NCBI GenBank assembly: GCA_904420445.1
Contig: CAJFVJ010000003.1
Span: 255,090-319,089 of the forward strand
Length of the DNA stretch: 64,000 nucleotides
From: Candidatus Adamsella avium
Lineage (GTDB): Bacteria > Cyanobacteriota > Vampirovibrionia > Gastranaerophilales > CAJFVJ01
Direction: 5' to 3'
Part shown: one piece after another, positions 1-9,099 of the stretch
Layout of the letters: each line of letters starts with the position of its first letter
Numbering within the stretch: position 1 is the stretch's first letter
Notes under the pieces: generated by a model
What the model was told of the DNA's origin: nothing
The model's input: the letters and a program-made list of their open reading frames with translations, nothing else
Database searches by the model: none
Translations under genes and position numbers: made by a program

Positions 1-75
1 CAGCAAGCAGCCTTTCAAAATCAACCGTATCTCTTTTTAGACCATTAAACAGAAAATATATATGTTTTTTTGATT

Positions 76-354
76 TCAATCATCAAAATAATGTTCAAAA
101 TTTCGTTCCAAACAGTTCAAAACATCACCAAATGAACTACACGAAACATTATCAAAAGGACAACTGAGTTCACCGTAGATTTTTCTTGGTTTCAAACCGG
201 CATATGTAGCTATTACTCTAGGATAACAGTTGAAACCAAGGGGAATAATTTTGTAATCCATTTTTTTATATCTGATAAATTCAGTTATTGAAAAATCAGA
301 ATAACGCCTGCGAAAATCTTTCCTCTTTTTTGAAGAAAAAATAAAGAATGACAA
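76..354 (-). pseudogene. DUF1796-like (putative papain-like cysteine peptidase family) N-terminal fragment
   Basis: 92-aa ORF in the track. The segment MDYKIIPLGFNCYPR...LSCPFD resembles, from memory, the N-terminal LGxNC...PFD block of DUF1796 proteins, which are normally over 200 aa. The ORF ends after about 60 homologous residues, and there is no convincing RBS before either Met. Confidence 0.3.
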
Positions 355-372
355 AACTTTTAAGACGGTGCG

Positions 373-394
373 ATGTATGTATGTATGTATGTAT
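373..394. repeat. (ATGT)5 tetranucleotide microsatellite
   Basis: Direct reading gives atgtatgtatgtatgtatgtat, lying just upstream (minus-strand sense) of ORF 76..354. Confidence 0.9.
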
Positions 395-517
395 CTGAGT
401 CATATATATAAAACTAATTATTTTAAAAAATCATTTTAAGAATAACAAAGTCCTCAATAATTTGTCAAATTGTACTCATCTAGTGCTCTTTTTGTATCAA
501 ATCCTGCTTTTTTGTAA

Positions 518-586
518 GAGATTCTTCGCCCTTCAGGCTCAGAATGACGTAGCCCACAAGTCCGTCACTCCGAGAGCAGTGAAGAG
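518..586. repeat. Two inverted copies of a CGTCAYTCYGAG...GAAGAR intergenic element
   Basis: The reverse complement of 518-549 reads cgtcattctgagcctgaagggcgaagaatctc, and 563-586 reads cgtcactccgagagcagtgaagag. The inner arms ctcagaatgacg and cgtcactccgag can pair at 10 of 12 positions. The patch is GC-richer than its AT-rich surroundings. Confidence 0.5.
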
Positions 587-685
587 TTTTTGACTTTCAG
601 AATGGCAGCGGGGGCATTATTTTATTTTACAAATCCCTCTGTTCAGGTTAGAGTAATAATAGTTAGAAATTTGAGAGAGAAATTT

Positions 686-1312
686 ATGAGTGTTTTGGAT
701 AAAATTTTAACTCCGATAGGTATGTGGATAGAGCATACAATCAGCGATATGGGACCTGCTGGTGTTGCTTTATTGATGGCAATAGAATCCTGCAACATCC
801 CGCTTCCAAGCGAGGCAATTCTTCCTTTTGCAGGATATCTCGTGAGCAAGGGTGTTATGTCTATTCATACGGCTGCATTTGCAGGTGCTTTCGGATGCGT
901 AATCGGTTCTGTTCCTTCTTATTTCCTCGGATATTTCGGAGGAAGACCGTTTGTTGAAAAATACGGGAAATGGTTTCTAATCAGCAAAAAAGACATCGAA
1001 CTTGCAGATAAATGGGCCGAAAAATGGGGAGATATGGCATTTTTTATATGCAGGATGCTGCCTGTTGTCAGGACATTTATTTCTCTTCCGGCAGGCATTT
1101 TGAAGGTAAATCTTCCGAAATTCCTCACACTGACCTTCCTCGGGTCTTTGATATGGAGTTATCCGCTTGTTTATGTAGGTATAAAATTCGGTGAACACAG
1201 GGAAAAATTCAGCGCAATATGGCATCAGTTTGATATTCTTATTGTTGCTGTATGCGTTTTGTTATTCGGATATTATTTGTATCACCACTTCAAGAATTTG
1301 AAAGAGTCATAA
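686..1312 (+). CDS. DedA family inner-membrane protein
   Basis: The track ORF is 590..1312. I place the start at ATG 686 (MSVLDKIL...), which follows GAGAGAGA. It is a multi-TM protein with DedA-like blocks (FAGYLVSKG, GxxGYFGGRP, CRMLPVVRTFISLPAG). The 590-685 extension runs through the repeat element. Confidence 0.85.
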   Translation: MSVLDKILTPIGMWIEHTISDMGPAGVALLMAIESCNIPLPSEAILPFAGYLVSKGVMSIHTAAFAGAFGCVIGSVPSYFLGYFGGRPFVEKYGKWFLISKKDIELADKWAEKWGDMAFFICRMLPVVRTFISLPAGILKVNLPKFLTLTFLGSLIWSYPLVYVGIKFGEHREKFSAIWHQFDILIVAVCVLLFGYYLYHHFKNLKES

Positions 1313-1329
1313 GACAACACAGATAAATA

Positions 1330-1365
1330 AAAATCCCCTCATTCATAAGATGAGGGGATTTTTAC
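1330..1365. terminator. Bidirectional rho-independent terminator (dedA / manC)
   Basis: Stem atcccctcat / atgaggggat (1333-1342 and 1350-1359), flanked by an A-run and a T-run. Confidence 0.8.
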
Positions 1366-1379
1366 TAAATCACATTAAA

Positions 1380-2807
1380 TCAGGCATTTACCCGTCCGTA
1401 CATATCCTCAAAACGAATAATATCTTCTTCCGAGATGATATCACCTTTTTGAACTTCGAGAATTTTCAGAGGTTTCTCAAAAGGATTTTGAAGGGAATGT
1501 TTTTCTTTCACAGCGATATCTATGCTATCACCAGCTTCGAGAATAAATTCTTCTTCGCCTTTAATCACCTTTGCCCGCCCTTCAAGCACGACCCAGTGCT
1601 CTGAACGGTGATTGTGCAGCTGCAAGCTGAGTTTTGCATCAGTATTAACCTGAATAACTTTTGTCAAAAATCCTTCACCTTCATTCAGAACAGTGTAATA
1701 TCCCCATGGGCGATAAACCGTTTTGTGATAAGAGCAAAGAGGGTCATCATTATCCTTCAGCTGAGAATAAATCTTTTTGACTTCCTGTGTTTTTGATTTA
1801 TCACATGCAAGGATAGCGTCTTCTGTTTCAACAATAACAACGTTTTCAAGTCCTATTGCCGATATCAGTTTTGAAGTTGAATAAAACATTGAATTCTTGC
1901 AATCAAGTTCTATTACATTTCCAGAAATATAGTTTTTGTTCGCATCTTTCTCAGACATATCATAAATACTTTCCCAAGATCCTACATCATTCCACCCGCA
2001 ATCCATAGGGAGGAGCACAATATTTTTCGAATATTCCATTACTGCATAATCTATTGAAATATTCGGCATCTTCGCATAATCATCAAATTTGACGGAAGGT
2101 GATTCAGGTTTTATAGTAAGCTTTTCAAGGACATCAACAACATCAGGAGAATATTTCTTCAGCTCATTCAGGATAGTTGACGCTTTGAACATAAATATCC
2201 CTGCGTTCCAGAAATAATTTCCGGATTCAAAATACTCTTTTGCAAGAGCATAGTCTGGTTTTTCCTTGAAGGTATCAACACGATAAGACTCTGAAACCTT
2301 TTCGTTCAAAACTTTTATATAGCCATATCCGGTATCAGGAGAAGTCGGTTTGACACCGAAGGTAACAATAAATCCCTTCTCAGCCAGTTCTGCCCCATCT
2401 GAGAGCATTTTTCTGAACTTAGCACTATCTGAGATAAAATGATCAGAAGGACAAACCAGTATAACAGGATCTTCAGAAGAATCAAAAAACTTTTGAATAA
2501 ACTTTGCTCCGAGAGCTATCGCAGGAGCAGTATTGCAGCCTACAGGCTCTACAATGAAAGAGGTATCGGATGTATTTGCCACCTGAGAGATTTGAGCTCT
2601 GACATTTGCCAGGTGTTTTATATTTGTGATGCTCAAGATATGTTCATCGGGGATAAGCCCCTTGAGGCGTTCTACAGACATTTGCAGAAGTGTTTTCTCA
2701 GAGTTATTCAGTTTCAACAGCTGTTTTGGATAAAGCTCTCTGCTCAAAGGCCAAAGTCTTGAGCCGCTCCCGCCTGCTAAGATAAGTGCGAACATATTTT
2801 TTTGCAT
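1380..2807 (-). CDS. manC: Mannose-1-phosphate guanylyltransferase / mannose-6-phosphate isomerase (bifunctional, type II PMI)
   Basis: 475 aa. It has the N-terminal nucleotidyltransferase loop LILAGGSGSRLWPLS and a C-terminal cupin block (LHNHRSEHWVVLEG). An RBS GAGGGG precedes the ATG. Confidence 0.9.
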   Translation of the reverse strand: MQKNMFALILAGGSGSRLWPLSRELYPKQLLKLNNSEKTLLQMSVERLKGLIPDEHILSITNIKHLANVRAQISQVANTSDTSFIVEPVGCNTAPAIALGAKFIQKFFDSSEDPVILVCPSDHFISDSAKFRKMLSDGAELAEKGFIVTFGVKPTSPDTGYGYIKVLNEKVSESYRVDTFKEKPDYALAKEYFESGNYFWNAGIFMFKASTILNELKKYSPDVVDVLEKLTIKPESPSVKFDDYAKMPNISIDYAVMEYSKNIVLLPMDCGWNDVGSWESIYDMSEKDANKNYISGNVIELDCKNSMFYSTSKLISAIGLENVVIVETEDAILACDKSKTQEVKKIYSQLKDNDDPLCSYHKTVYRPWGYYTVLNEGEGFLTKVIQVNTDAKLSLQLHNHRSEHWVVLEGRAKVIKGEEEFILEAGDSIDIAVKEKHSLQNPFEKPLKILEVQKGDIISEEDIIRFEDMYGRVNA

Positions 2808-2892
2808 TATTCCCCTCTTTTATAAACTCTTTGCTATATCAAAATTTTAGCATAGTTATAAAAAATTTGAGAATAATATAAATTGAAGTTAT

Positions 2893-3054
2893 TTAAAAAT
2901 TAACAAATAAAATAATTGACCCGCCGAGATAAGCGAATGCCGATAAAATTAGCCACCATTGCATTAAAGGATGCTGATTTTTCCATGCTGTCATAATAGT
3001 CACATTCTCCGTAGCTGTATAGTTATCAAGAACCGTATTTACATGTTTTTTCAT
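2893..3054 (-). CDS. Small hypothetical membrane protein (53 aa, below the ORF-track cutoff)
   Basis: Hand translation: MKKHVNTVLDNYTATENVTIMTAWKNQHPLMQWWLILSAFAYLGGSIILFVNF. An RBS AGGGGA lies 6 nt upstream. It has one C-terminal hydrophobic helix. Confidence 0.35.
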   Translation of the reverse strand: MKKHVNTVLDNYTATENVTIMTAWKNQHPLMQWWLILSAFAYLGGSIILFVNF

Positions 3055-3140
3055 AATATTCCCCTAATAAAAATCCTCTTCCTGTTTCTATTTTAGCCAT
3101 TGTGCATTTTATTTCATCATCCAGGTGGTTTAGTCCACAC

Positions 3141-3179
3141 AAAAAGACCTGTCTGAGTGTGTTTCAGGCAGGTCTTTTA
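3141..3179 (-). terminator. Rho-independent terminator after the phosphohexomutase gene
   Basis: Stem agacctgtctga / tcaggcaggtct with one mismatch, followed on the minus strand by a T-run. Confidence 0.7.
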
Positions 3180-3200
3180 TGATAAATATATTAAAATTTC

Positions 3201-5492
3201 TTAATATTTCAATGTTTGAGAGTAGTCTGGAACAACGAAGTTTTCTTCAGGCATTCCTTCATCTGACCATTTTTGATAAGTGTCCAAAGACGCTTCTTTT
3301 ACGTTGTTGTAGTAATCATCTCTGATATATTTGTTGTAGACATCGTTTCTTGAACCTGAATAGTTCGCAAGTGCATTTGCATAACGAACAATTTCATCTC
3401 TGTCATGACCGCCTCCGTAGGCTTTTGTTTTTGCATCAGTGCCTGATGGTCTGATTTCGATGAATTTATCACTGAATTTCAAATACGTGCCGTCTCCGAC
3501 AAATTTGATATCTTCAAGATTTAAGAAATCAAGCTGAGGGAAAGTGAAGTTGAGAATATTTCTGACAGCATTCATGCTCATCAGGTTTTCTCTTTTTGCC
3601 ATAGCAAGAGATAAATAGAACAAGTCATTATCGATTCTTCTTTGCTCTCCTTCTCTTTTTGCCGCTTTCAGCTTGTCTATATCCGGCTCGCTTTCGTTGT
3701 AATAAGAGATATCCTCTCTTACGTCGAATCTTGCGATAATATTATTTTTTGAGAACAACTCGCTGAGGTAATCAGCAAGGTTTAAATCATATTTCTGTAT
3801 ATGACCTACAAGAGCTGATGCAACAACAATTGCTTCAGTTGCACTCTTTTCTCTCATTGCTATAGCGATACGTCCGCTGATTGAGCGGATGAGTTCTTCA
3901 GCTCCGATAATCATACCGCCTGATTCTTCTCCGCCGAATATCATACGTGGATTAACTCCGAGGTTAATTTCTTCGCCGAAGACATCTCTAATGATAACCT
4001 CTTTTTCAGGATTTTCTGAAATTTGTTTTTCGACTTTCTTCATTATTCCGGCGATTTCTTTGAATCCGACAGGAACGTTGACAACTTTGATGCCTTCTTT
4101 TGCAGCCCATTCATCCCATGCCATAGAAGATGCTGTTGTTTTGATTATAAACCTCGGATGATTATCAAAAAGACCTTTTGCTTTGAGTTGTTTTGTCCAG
4201 AAGTCCATAATCATCAGGAATGCCTGATTTGCAGAATAAACGGCAAGCAGTCTTGTTCCGTTCAAAGGAATATATTGAATACCGAGTTTTGAAAGTTCAT
4301 TCGCTCTTTCTTTTGATTCAACCTGAACAATAGTCAATCTGTCATGGTCAGGATCAGTAATCAGAACAACCGTTCCGATAGGTTTATCTTTCAGTTTCTT
4401 TTCATAGTTCATTGTTTCGATAACAGGCATAAATACAGACCCGTCTCTGTGTTGTTTTACAACAGTAGCATCAGCAGAGTAGTCATAGAAAGTTTCTCTG
4501 CCGTCAGGATCTTTTGAATATTTTCCTATACCGTGGAAGAATGGTGATTCTTCTTTATTAAACCACTGAAATTCGTTGCTGATACCGAGTTTCATCAACA
4601 CTTTGCTGAGAGTCTTATAAGCAGACCCTCCGACATTCTCTATGATAACCCTGTTTTGTATGCTTTTGATTGATTCGAGGTTTTCTGCGTTTGCAACGCC
4701 GTTTTTCAAATAATCGACATAGAGGTCAACCCCGTTGTTCAACTGCTCCATCAGGTGTTCATCAATATATGAGCTGTCTTCTGCAGCAAGTTTAATTTCA
4801 TAAGAGCCTGTTTCTTCGACTATTGAAAAAATTTCTTTGATTTTTTCGATGAATGCCATTGACTCCTCGGGCAAATACTGGCTGCCTTGATTATTCAAGT
4901 CTTTTGTAGCATTTTTAACACTTATGCCATGGCTTGAGGTAATATATTCACCGCCAAGCAAATCAAGTTTGAATACAAGGAATGAAGCCATCCAGATAGG
5001 AATAGTATCTCTGTGCGACGGAACATGTGTTGTTATTCCCAAAGCTGCCTGAACTCTGCTTATCAAATCAAGATAGAGCTGAGAGTTGTATCTTACTTCG
5101 CAAGCTGCCAGTTTATGGAGTTCTTTATTCGGATATTTTTCTTTTGCAACAAGAGCTTTTGCAAGTGTAGCAATAATAATCCCTATTGCATTAATCGGGA
5201 ATCTTGTATCAGTAGGATAGAGAATATTCTGAGGTCCTCTGATTCCTGCAGTTGACACTCTTGCCTCTTTTTCATATTCGGCAAACCAATCAAGAAGCCC
5301 CAATCCTTCAGGGTTTTGGAACTCATCATAAGGATAGAGATATTCTTTTCTCAAAATAAAACTTATTTCATTCTTATCATCAAAATTAATAAGTTTTCTA
5401 TTCTTAATATAATCAGGTGTTTTTTGTTCGTACATATCGAACAGCATTTTTTCCAATAATTCTGTTGATTCAGTCATATAAGTTAAACTCAT
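3201..5492 (-). CDS. Alpha-D-phosphohexomutase superfamily protein (phosphomannomutase/phosphoglucomutase-like, unusually long)
   Basis: 763 aa. All four family loops can be read: TSSHG (Ser loop), DPDHDR (metal loop), GGEESGG (sugar loop) and RPSGTDAK (phosphate loop). It lies next to manC. Confidence 0.7.
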   Translation of the reverse strand: MSLTYMTESTELLEKMLFDMYEQKTPDYIKNRKLINFDDKNEISFILRKEYLYPYDEFQNPEGLGLLDWFAEYEKEARVSTAGIRGPQNILYPTDTRFPINAIGIIIATLAKALVAKEKYPNKELHKLAACEVRYNSQLYLDLISRVQAALGITTHVPSHRDTIPIWMASFLVFKLDLLGGEYITSSHGISVKNATKDLNNQGSQYLPEESMAFIEKIKEIFSIVEETGSYEIKLAAEDSSYIDEHLMEQLNNGVDLYVDYLKNGVANAENLESIKSIQNRVIIENVGGSAYKTLSKVLMKLGISNEFQWFNKEESPFFHGIGKYSKDPDGRETFYDYSADATVVKQHRDGSVFMPVIETMNYEKKLKDKPIGTVVLITDPDHDRLTIVQVESKERANELSKLGIQYIPLNGTRLLAVYSANQAFLMIMDFWTKQLKAKGLFDNHPRFIIKTTASSMAWDEWAAKEGIKVVNVPVGFKEIAGIMKKVEKQISENPEKEVIIRDVFGEEINLGVNPRMIFGGEESGGMIIGAEELIRSISGRIAIAMREKSATEAIVVASALVGHIQKYDLNLADYLSELFSKNNIIARFDVREDISYYNESEPDIDKLKAAKREGEQRRIDNDLFYLSLAMAKRENLMSMNAVRNILNFTFPQLDFLNLEDIKFVGDGTYLKFSDKFIEIRPSGTDAKTKAYGGGHDRDEIVRYANALANYSGSRNDVYNKYIRDDYYNNVKEASLDTYQKWSDEGMPEENFVVPDYSQTLKY

Positions 5493-5603
5493 TTTCTTTA
5501 CCTTTATTCTGCCTCAGTGATAATTATAACAGCAAAAAAAATAAAGTGAAGACTATATAAAACTCATATAAAATAAAGGTTTCAGCGATTTAAAACACAA
5601 AAC

Positions 5604-6401
5604 TCATGCCCGCCATTTGTCATAAGATTTCAGTTTCTTCTCTATACGGCGGAGTATCGGTTCATGTCTTTCGAGAATTTTCACATAATTATCGAGTTTT
5701 CCTAAAGAAATATCTTCTTTTTGAGAGTTCAAATTTTCTTCAAAATTTTTCTCCAAAAAAGAGTTGAATTTTTTCCTGTCTTTGACTGCCTTCTTGAGAA
5801 GGATAGGTTTTCCAAGTTCAACAAGAATTTCAGGTTTTTCGCATCTCAAAAATTCATATCTGAAAGAAAGCGGGAAGAGATTTATGCCCTCCATCTGCTG
5901 TGCGATATAAGATATCCCTGAGGCAAACGCAACAGGTCTGAAATCAGGAGGCTTTATCATCCCCTGGGGAAAAATCCACAGCGAACCTGTTTGTTCTTTG
6001 AGAAAAGAGATTACATATTTCAAAGATTTCACTGCAAGCGATGGGTTGCTCTTTGAAACAGAGAAACAGCCTATTCCAGATAAAATCGGAAAACTGCTCA
6101 AATCTTCCACCATAATTCTTATGTTTGTTTTGAAGACTTTCTGGCTGAGATAATATCCGACAGGACCGTCCCACCAACACTGATGCGGGGCATAGAAGAT
6201 GTTTGCTTTATTTTTATCCCTGAGATTATAATATCTGAGATTTTTCATCCTGATAGAGGCAAAATTGTTCTTTATCATATGCTCAAAAATATGATAAAAA
6301 GCAAATGATACAAAACGATTTACTTTTGCAGGGATAAAAGTTTTATCATTTTTGAGTATTGACGGTGGTGTGTAGTCGTATAATATTTCTGCCTGATTCA
6401 T
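5604..6401 (-). CDS. Lysophospholipid / 1-acyl-glycerol-3-phosphate acyltransferase family protein
   Basis: 265 aa. It has an HX4D motif (HQCWWD) and a downstream FPQG block typical of PlsC-type acyltransferases. Confidence 0.7.
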   Translation of the reverse strand: MNQAEILYDYTPPSILKNDKTFIPAKVNRFVSFAFYHIFEHMIKNNFASIRMKNLRYYNLRDKNKANIFYAPHQCWWDGPVGYYLSQKVFKTNIRIMVEDLSSFPILSGIGCFSVSKSNPSLAVKSLKYVISFLKEQTGSLWIFPQGMIKPPDFRPVAFASGISYIAQQMEGINLFPLSFRYEFLRCEKPEILVELGKPILLKKAVKDRKKFNSFLEKNFEENLNSQKEDISLGKLDNYVKILERHEPILRRIEKKLKSYDKWRA

Positions 6402-6542
6402 AATATATGTATACTAGAGCAATTTTGTGATTAATAAATCACACAACAAGATATAGCAGACTTAATTATTCGTAAAAAACGCCGTCTTAAATATTTCTTT
6501 ATGTATAATATTTTATTATAGGGAGAATAGGAGTATGAAAAA

Positions 6543-7649
6543 ATGAGAGGACTCAGAACAAATCTTTTTATTTTTAAATTATTCACGATATTTCTTATAC
6601 TATGCACTTTTTCTACGGGATGTGCATTTGCGCTTCCGCATCCAAAATCACCAAAAACAGTCAGAATACTCGCTCTTGACGGCGGCGGAATCAAATCAAT
6701 CATTACTCTGAAAATTCTTGATTATATTGAAACAAAAACAGGCAAAAAAACAACAGAGCTGTTTGATTTGATTTCAGGGACATCTTCAGGCGGTCTTATG
6801 TCGCTTTATTTTTCAATTCCTGATGAAAATGACCCGACAAAAAGCAAATATTCCGCAGCTGAAATTATAAAACTCGTTGAAGAGGATGCACAGACAATCT
6901 TCAAACCCCGACCATTAGCAAGAGTAATCGGCAAAAGAACTGTCCAGCTCTTCAAACCCGCATACCCGAGAAAAAATATTGAAACAGCTATGGAAAACAG
7001 ATTCAAAGACCTAAAAATGTCTGATGCTCCCGGGAATGCTCTTGTTATAAGCTTTGATACTCAGGTTACAAAACCGTTTTGTTTCAAGACATATGACAAA
7101 AAAGTCAGTCATGCTTTGATGAAAGATGCAGGAATGGCGACAAGCATATCTCCGTTTTATTTTGACCCTGTTTTGTTCAAAGATAACGAAAATAGAGAGC
7201 ACACTTTGATTGACGGAGGACTTGCAGCAAAAAACCCGTCTATGTATGCTTATACAGAGGCAAAGTTGTTATACCCCGATGCAAAAATTCTTCTTGTTTC
7301 TCTTGGAGCTGGATATCAGCAAAAAGAAAGATACAGCTATAACAGAATGCAGGGATGGGGCTTTGTCCGCTTTATACTTCCGACAATCGTCTTTATGCTT
7401 GATGGTACGGCAAACGCAAACAGCGAATACATCGAAAAGCTCACAACTTATGATAAAGATGATAAATATGTAAGGTTACAACCCGTGTATCACAAGAAAT
7501 ATGACAACTTCAACAACGAACCTGATGATACATCAAAAGATAACCTCGAAAACCTCAACAGAATAGCTGACCAGTATATACAAGATCACAGAAAAGAACT
7601 TGATGAGCTTGTCAAACTGATTGAAGAAAGCGAAAAAGAATCACTCTAA
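6543..7649 (+). CDS. Patatin-like phospholipase, probable lipoprotein
   Basis: 368 aa. It has the oxyanion loop DGGGIKS, the nucleophile elbow GTSSG and a catalytic DGG. The N-terminal signal carries a lipobox (FSTGC). Confidence 0.85.
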   Translation: MRGLRTNLFIFKLFTIFLILCTFSTGCAFALPHPKSPKTVRILALDGGGIKSIITLKILDYIETKTGKKTTELFDLISGTSSGGLMSLYFSIPDENDPTKSKYSAAEIIKLVEEDAQTIFKPRPLARVIGKRTVQLFKPAYPRKNIETAMENRFKDLKMSDAPGNALVISFDTQVTKPFCFKTYDKKVSHALMKDAGMATSISPFYFDPVLFKDNENREHTLIDGGLAAKNPSMYAYTEAKLLYPDAKILLVSLGAGYQQKERYSYNRMQGWGFVRFILPTIVFMLDGTANANSEYIEKLTTYDKDDKYVRLQPVYHKKYDNFNNEPDDTSKDNLENLNRIADQYIQDHRKELDELVKLIEESEKESL

Positions 7650-7673
7650 GATTACCGTATATTTTAGATAAAA

Positions 7674-7710
7674 AAAGAAAGAGTCCTCAAAAGCGGACTC
7701 TTTCTTTTTG
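7674..7710. terminator. Bidirectional terminator
   Basis: Stem agaaagagtcc / ggactctttct (7676-7686 and 7695-7705), with an A-run before and a T-run after. Confidence 0.8.
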
Positions 7711-7725
7711 ACTTTATTTCTTTAA

Positions 7726-8055
7726 TTAAGCTTTAGGTGTTGCTTTTGGAATAATATTTTTAATTTTGCTACCTAAATTTGACAATTTTTCAGGGATACT
7801 TGTGAAAAATTCACCGACTTTTCTTGCTGTATCACCTACAAACTTTGTAACACTTTTGAAAGTATCAGAAGCAGCAATTTGGTCTAGCAATTGTTTTGCT
7901 TTTCCGCTTTTGACCAAATAAGTACCGCCTGCAACAGCGCCGACTACAGCAACACCTGTAGCAATTTTCTTCGCTGCGGTTGAATGTTTTTTCCTTCCTT
8001 CAAAAGCAAGTGATTTGGGTTCGCATCCTGCACACTGCATTCTCGAAATATTCAT
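7726..8055 (-). CDS. Hypothetical membrane-anchored protein (N-terminal SLAFEGRKK motif, Gly/Ala-rich TM helix)
   Basis: 109 aa with an RBS GGAGG. The TM segment is ATGVAVVGAVAGGTYLV, followed by an amphipathic tail. Confidence 0.55.
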   Translation of the reverse strand: MNISRMQCAGCEPKSLAFEGRKKHSTAAKKIATGVAVVGAVAGGTYLVKSGKAKQLLDQIAASDTFKSVTKFVGDTARKVGEFFTSIPEKLSNLGSKIKNIIPKATPKA

Positions 8056-8193
8056 ATATGAGCCTCCAATTAGATAATATAACTTTTCACTTCTGAATAT
8101 ATAAATATCCTGAATTTTTAAATTTGCTTTTTTTACACCAAAAAACAGAAAATGTTACATAACTACACATAATTTTTTTGTTTCTAACTCAGT

Positions 8194-9087
8194 CTATTTA
8201 TTATACCCCAAATTTTTCAAATTGTCTTCCTTTTTTCTCCAATTTTTTTTGACTTTTACAAATAAATCGAGAAAAACTTTTCGCCCTATCATATTTTCCA
8301 GCTCAACTCTTGCGTATTCACCGATTTTTTTAATCATCTGCCCCTGTTTACCGACAACTATCAGTTTTTGAGAATCCTGTTCAACAAAAATTGTTGCCGA
8401 AATCTTGGTCAGAGTTTTTTTCTCCTCAAAGAGGTCAACTTTCACGGCAACGCTGTGAGGGATTTCGTCCTGAGTCAGCCTGAGTATCTTTTCTCTGATT
8501 ATTTCTTTGGCTATCTCCCTCATATTCTGGTCGGTAACTTCATCCTCATCATACATAGCAATGCCTTCAGGCAGTTTTGCATAAATATTTTTTATGAGGG
8601 TGTCTATATTTCTGCCTGTTTTAGCGGATACTTTTACTACAGGAATCTTCAGATTATCAAATAGCTCACGGTATGTTACAACATTCAAATCTCTCTCTGC
8701 AACGTTCTTGATGGTATCAACCTTGTTCACAACAAGAATAATCGGAATATCCGTCTGCAAAATATTTTTTGCAATCCACTTATCCCCGGCTCCTGCCGGT
8801 TCTTTCCCGTCGACCATAAACAAAATAACATCAGCATCAGGAACTGCAAGTTTTGCTTCCTCAAGAAGAAATTCACCTAGTTTATTCAACGGTTTATGAA
8901 CCCCCGGAGTGTCAACAAAAACAATCTGCCCCTTTTCTGAAGTGAAGATTCCTCTAAGTCTTTCTCTTGTTGTCTGAGCTTTATCACTTGTTATAACAAT
9001 TTTCTGCCCGACTATTTTATTCAACAGAGTTGACTTTCCGACATTCGGGCGTCCTATAATTGTTACAAAACCTGATTTATATGCCAT
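8194..9087 (-). CDS. era: GTPase Era
   Basis: 297 aa. It has the P-loop GRPNVGKSTLLN, DTPG and NKVD motifs, and a C-terminal KH domain. Confidence 0.95.
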   Translation of the reverse strand: MAYKSGFVTIIGRPNVGKSTLLNKIVGQKIVITSDKAQTTRERLRGIFTSEKGQIVFVDTPGVHKPLNKLGEFLLEEAKLAVPDADVILFMVDGKEPAGAGDKWIAKNILQTDIPIILVVNKVDTIKNVAERDLNVVTYRELFDNLKIPVVKVSAKTGRNIDTLIKNIYAKLPEGIAMYDEDEVTDQNMREIAKEIIREKILRLTQDEIPHSVAVKVDLFEEKKTLTKISATIFVEQDSQKLIVVGKQGQMIKKIGEYARVELENMIGRKVFLDLFVKVKKNWRKKEDNLKNLGYNK

Positions 9088-9099
9088 ATTTCACCTTTT

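Noticed and set aside
65-79. Idea that slippage in the T7/A7 tract restores a full-length DUF1796 gene as a phase-variable frameshift.
   Set aside because: The in-frame stop (76-78) lies upstream of the tract in the direction of translation. The alternative frame is closed by a stop at 80-82. Homopolymer slippage therefore cannot join the two frames.
590-685. A 32-codon N-terminal extension of the dedA ORF (MTFRMAAGALFYF...).
   Set aside because: It runs through the intergenic inverted-repeat element. A conventional ATG with an upstream purine-rich RBS lies at 686, and DedA homology starts there.
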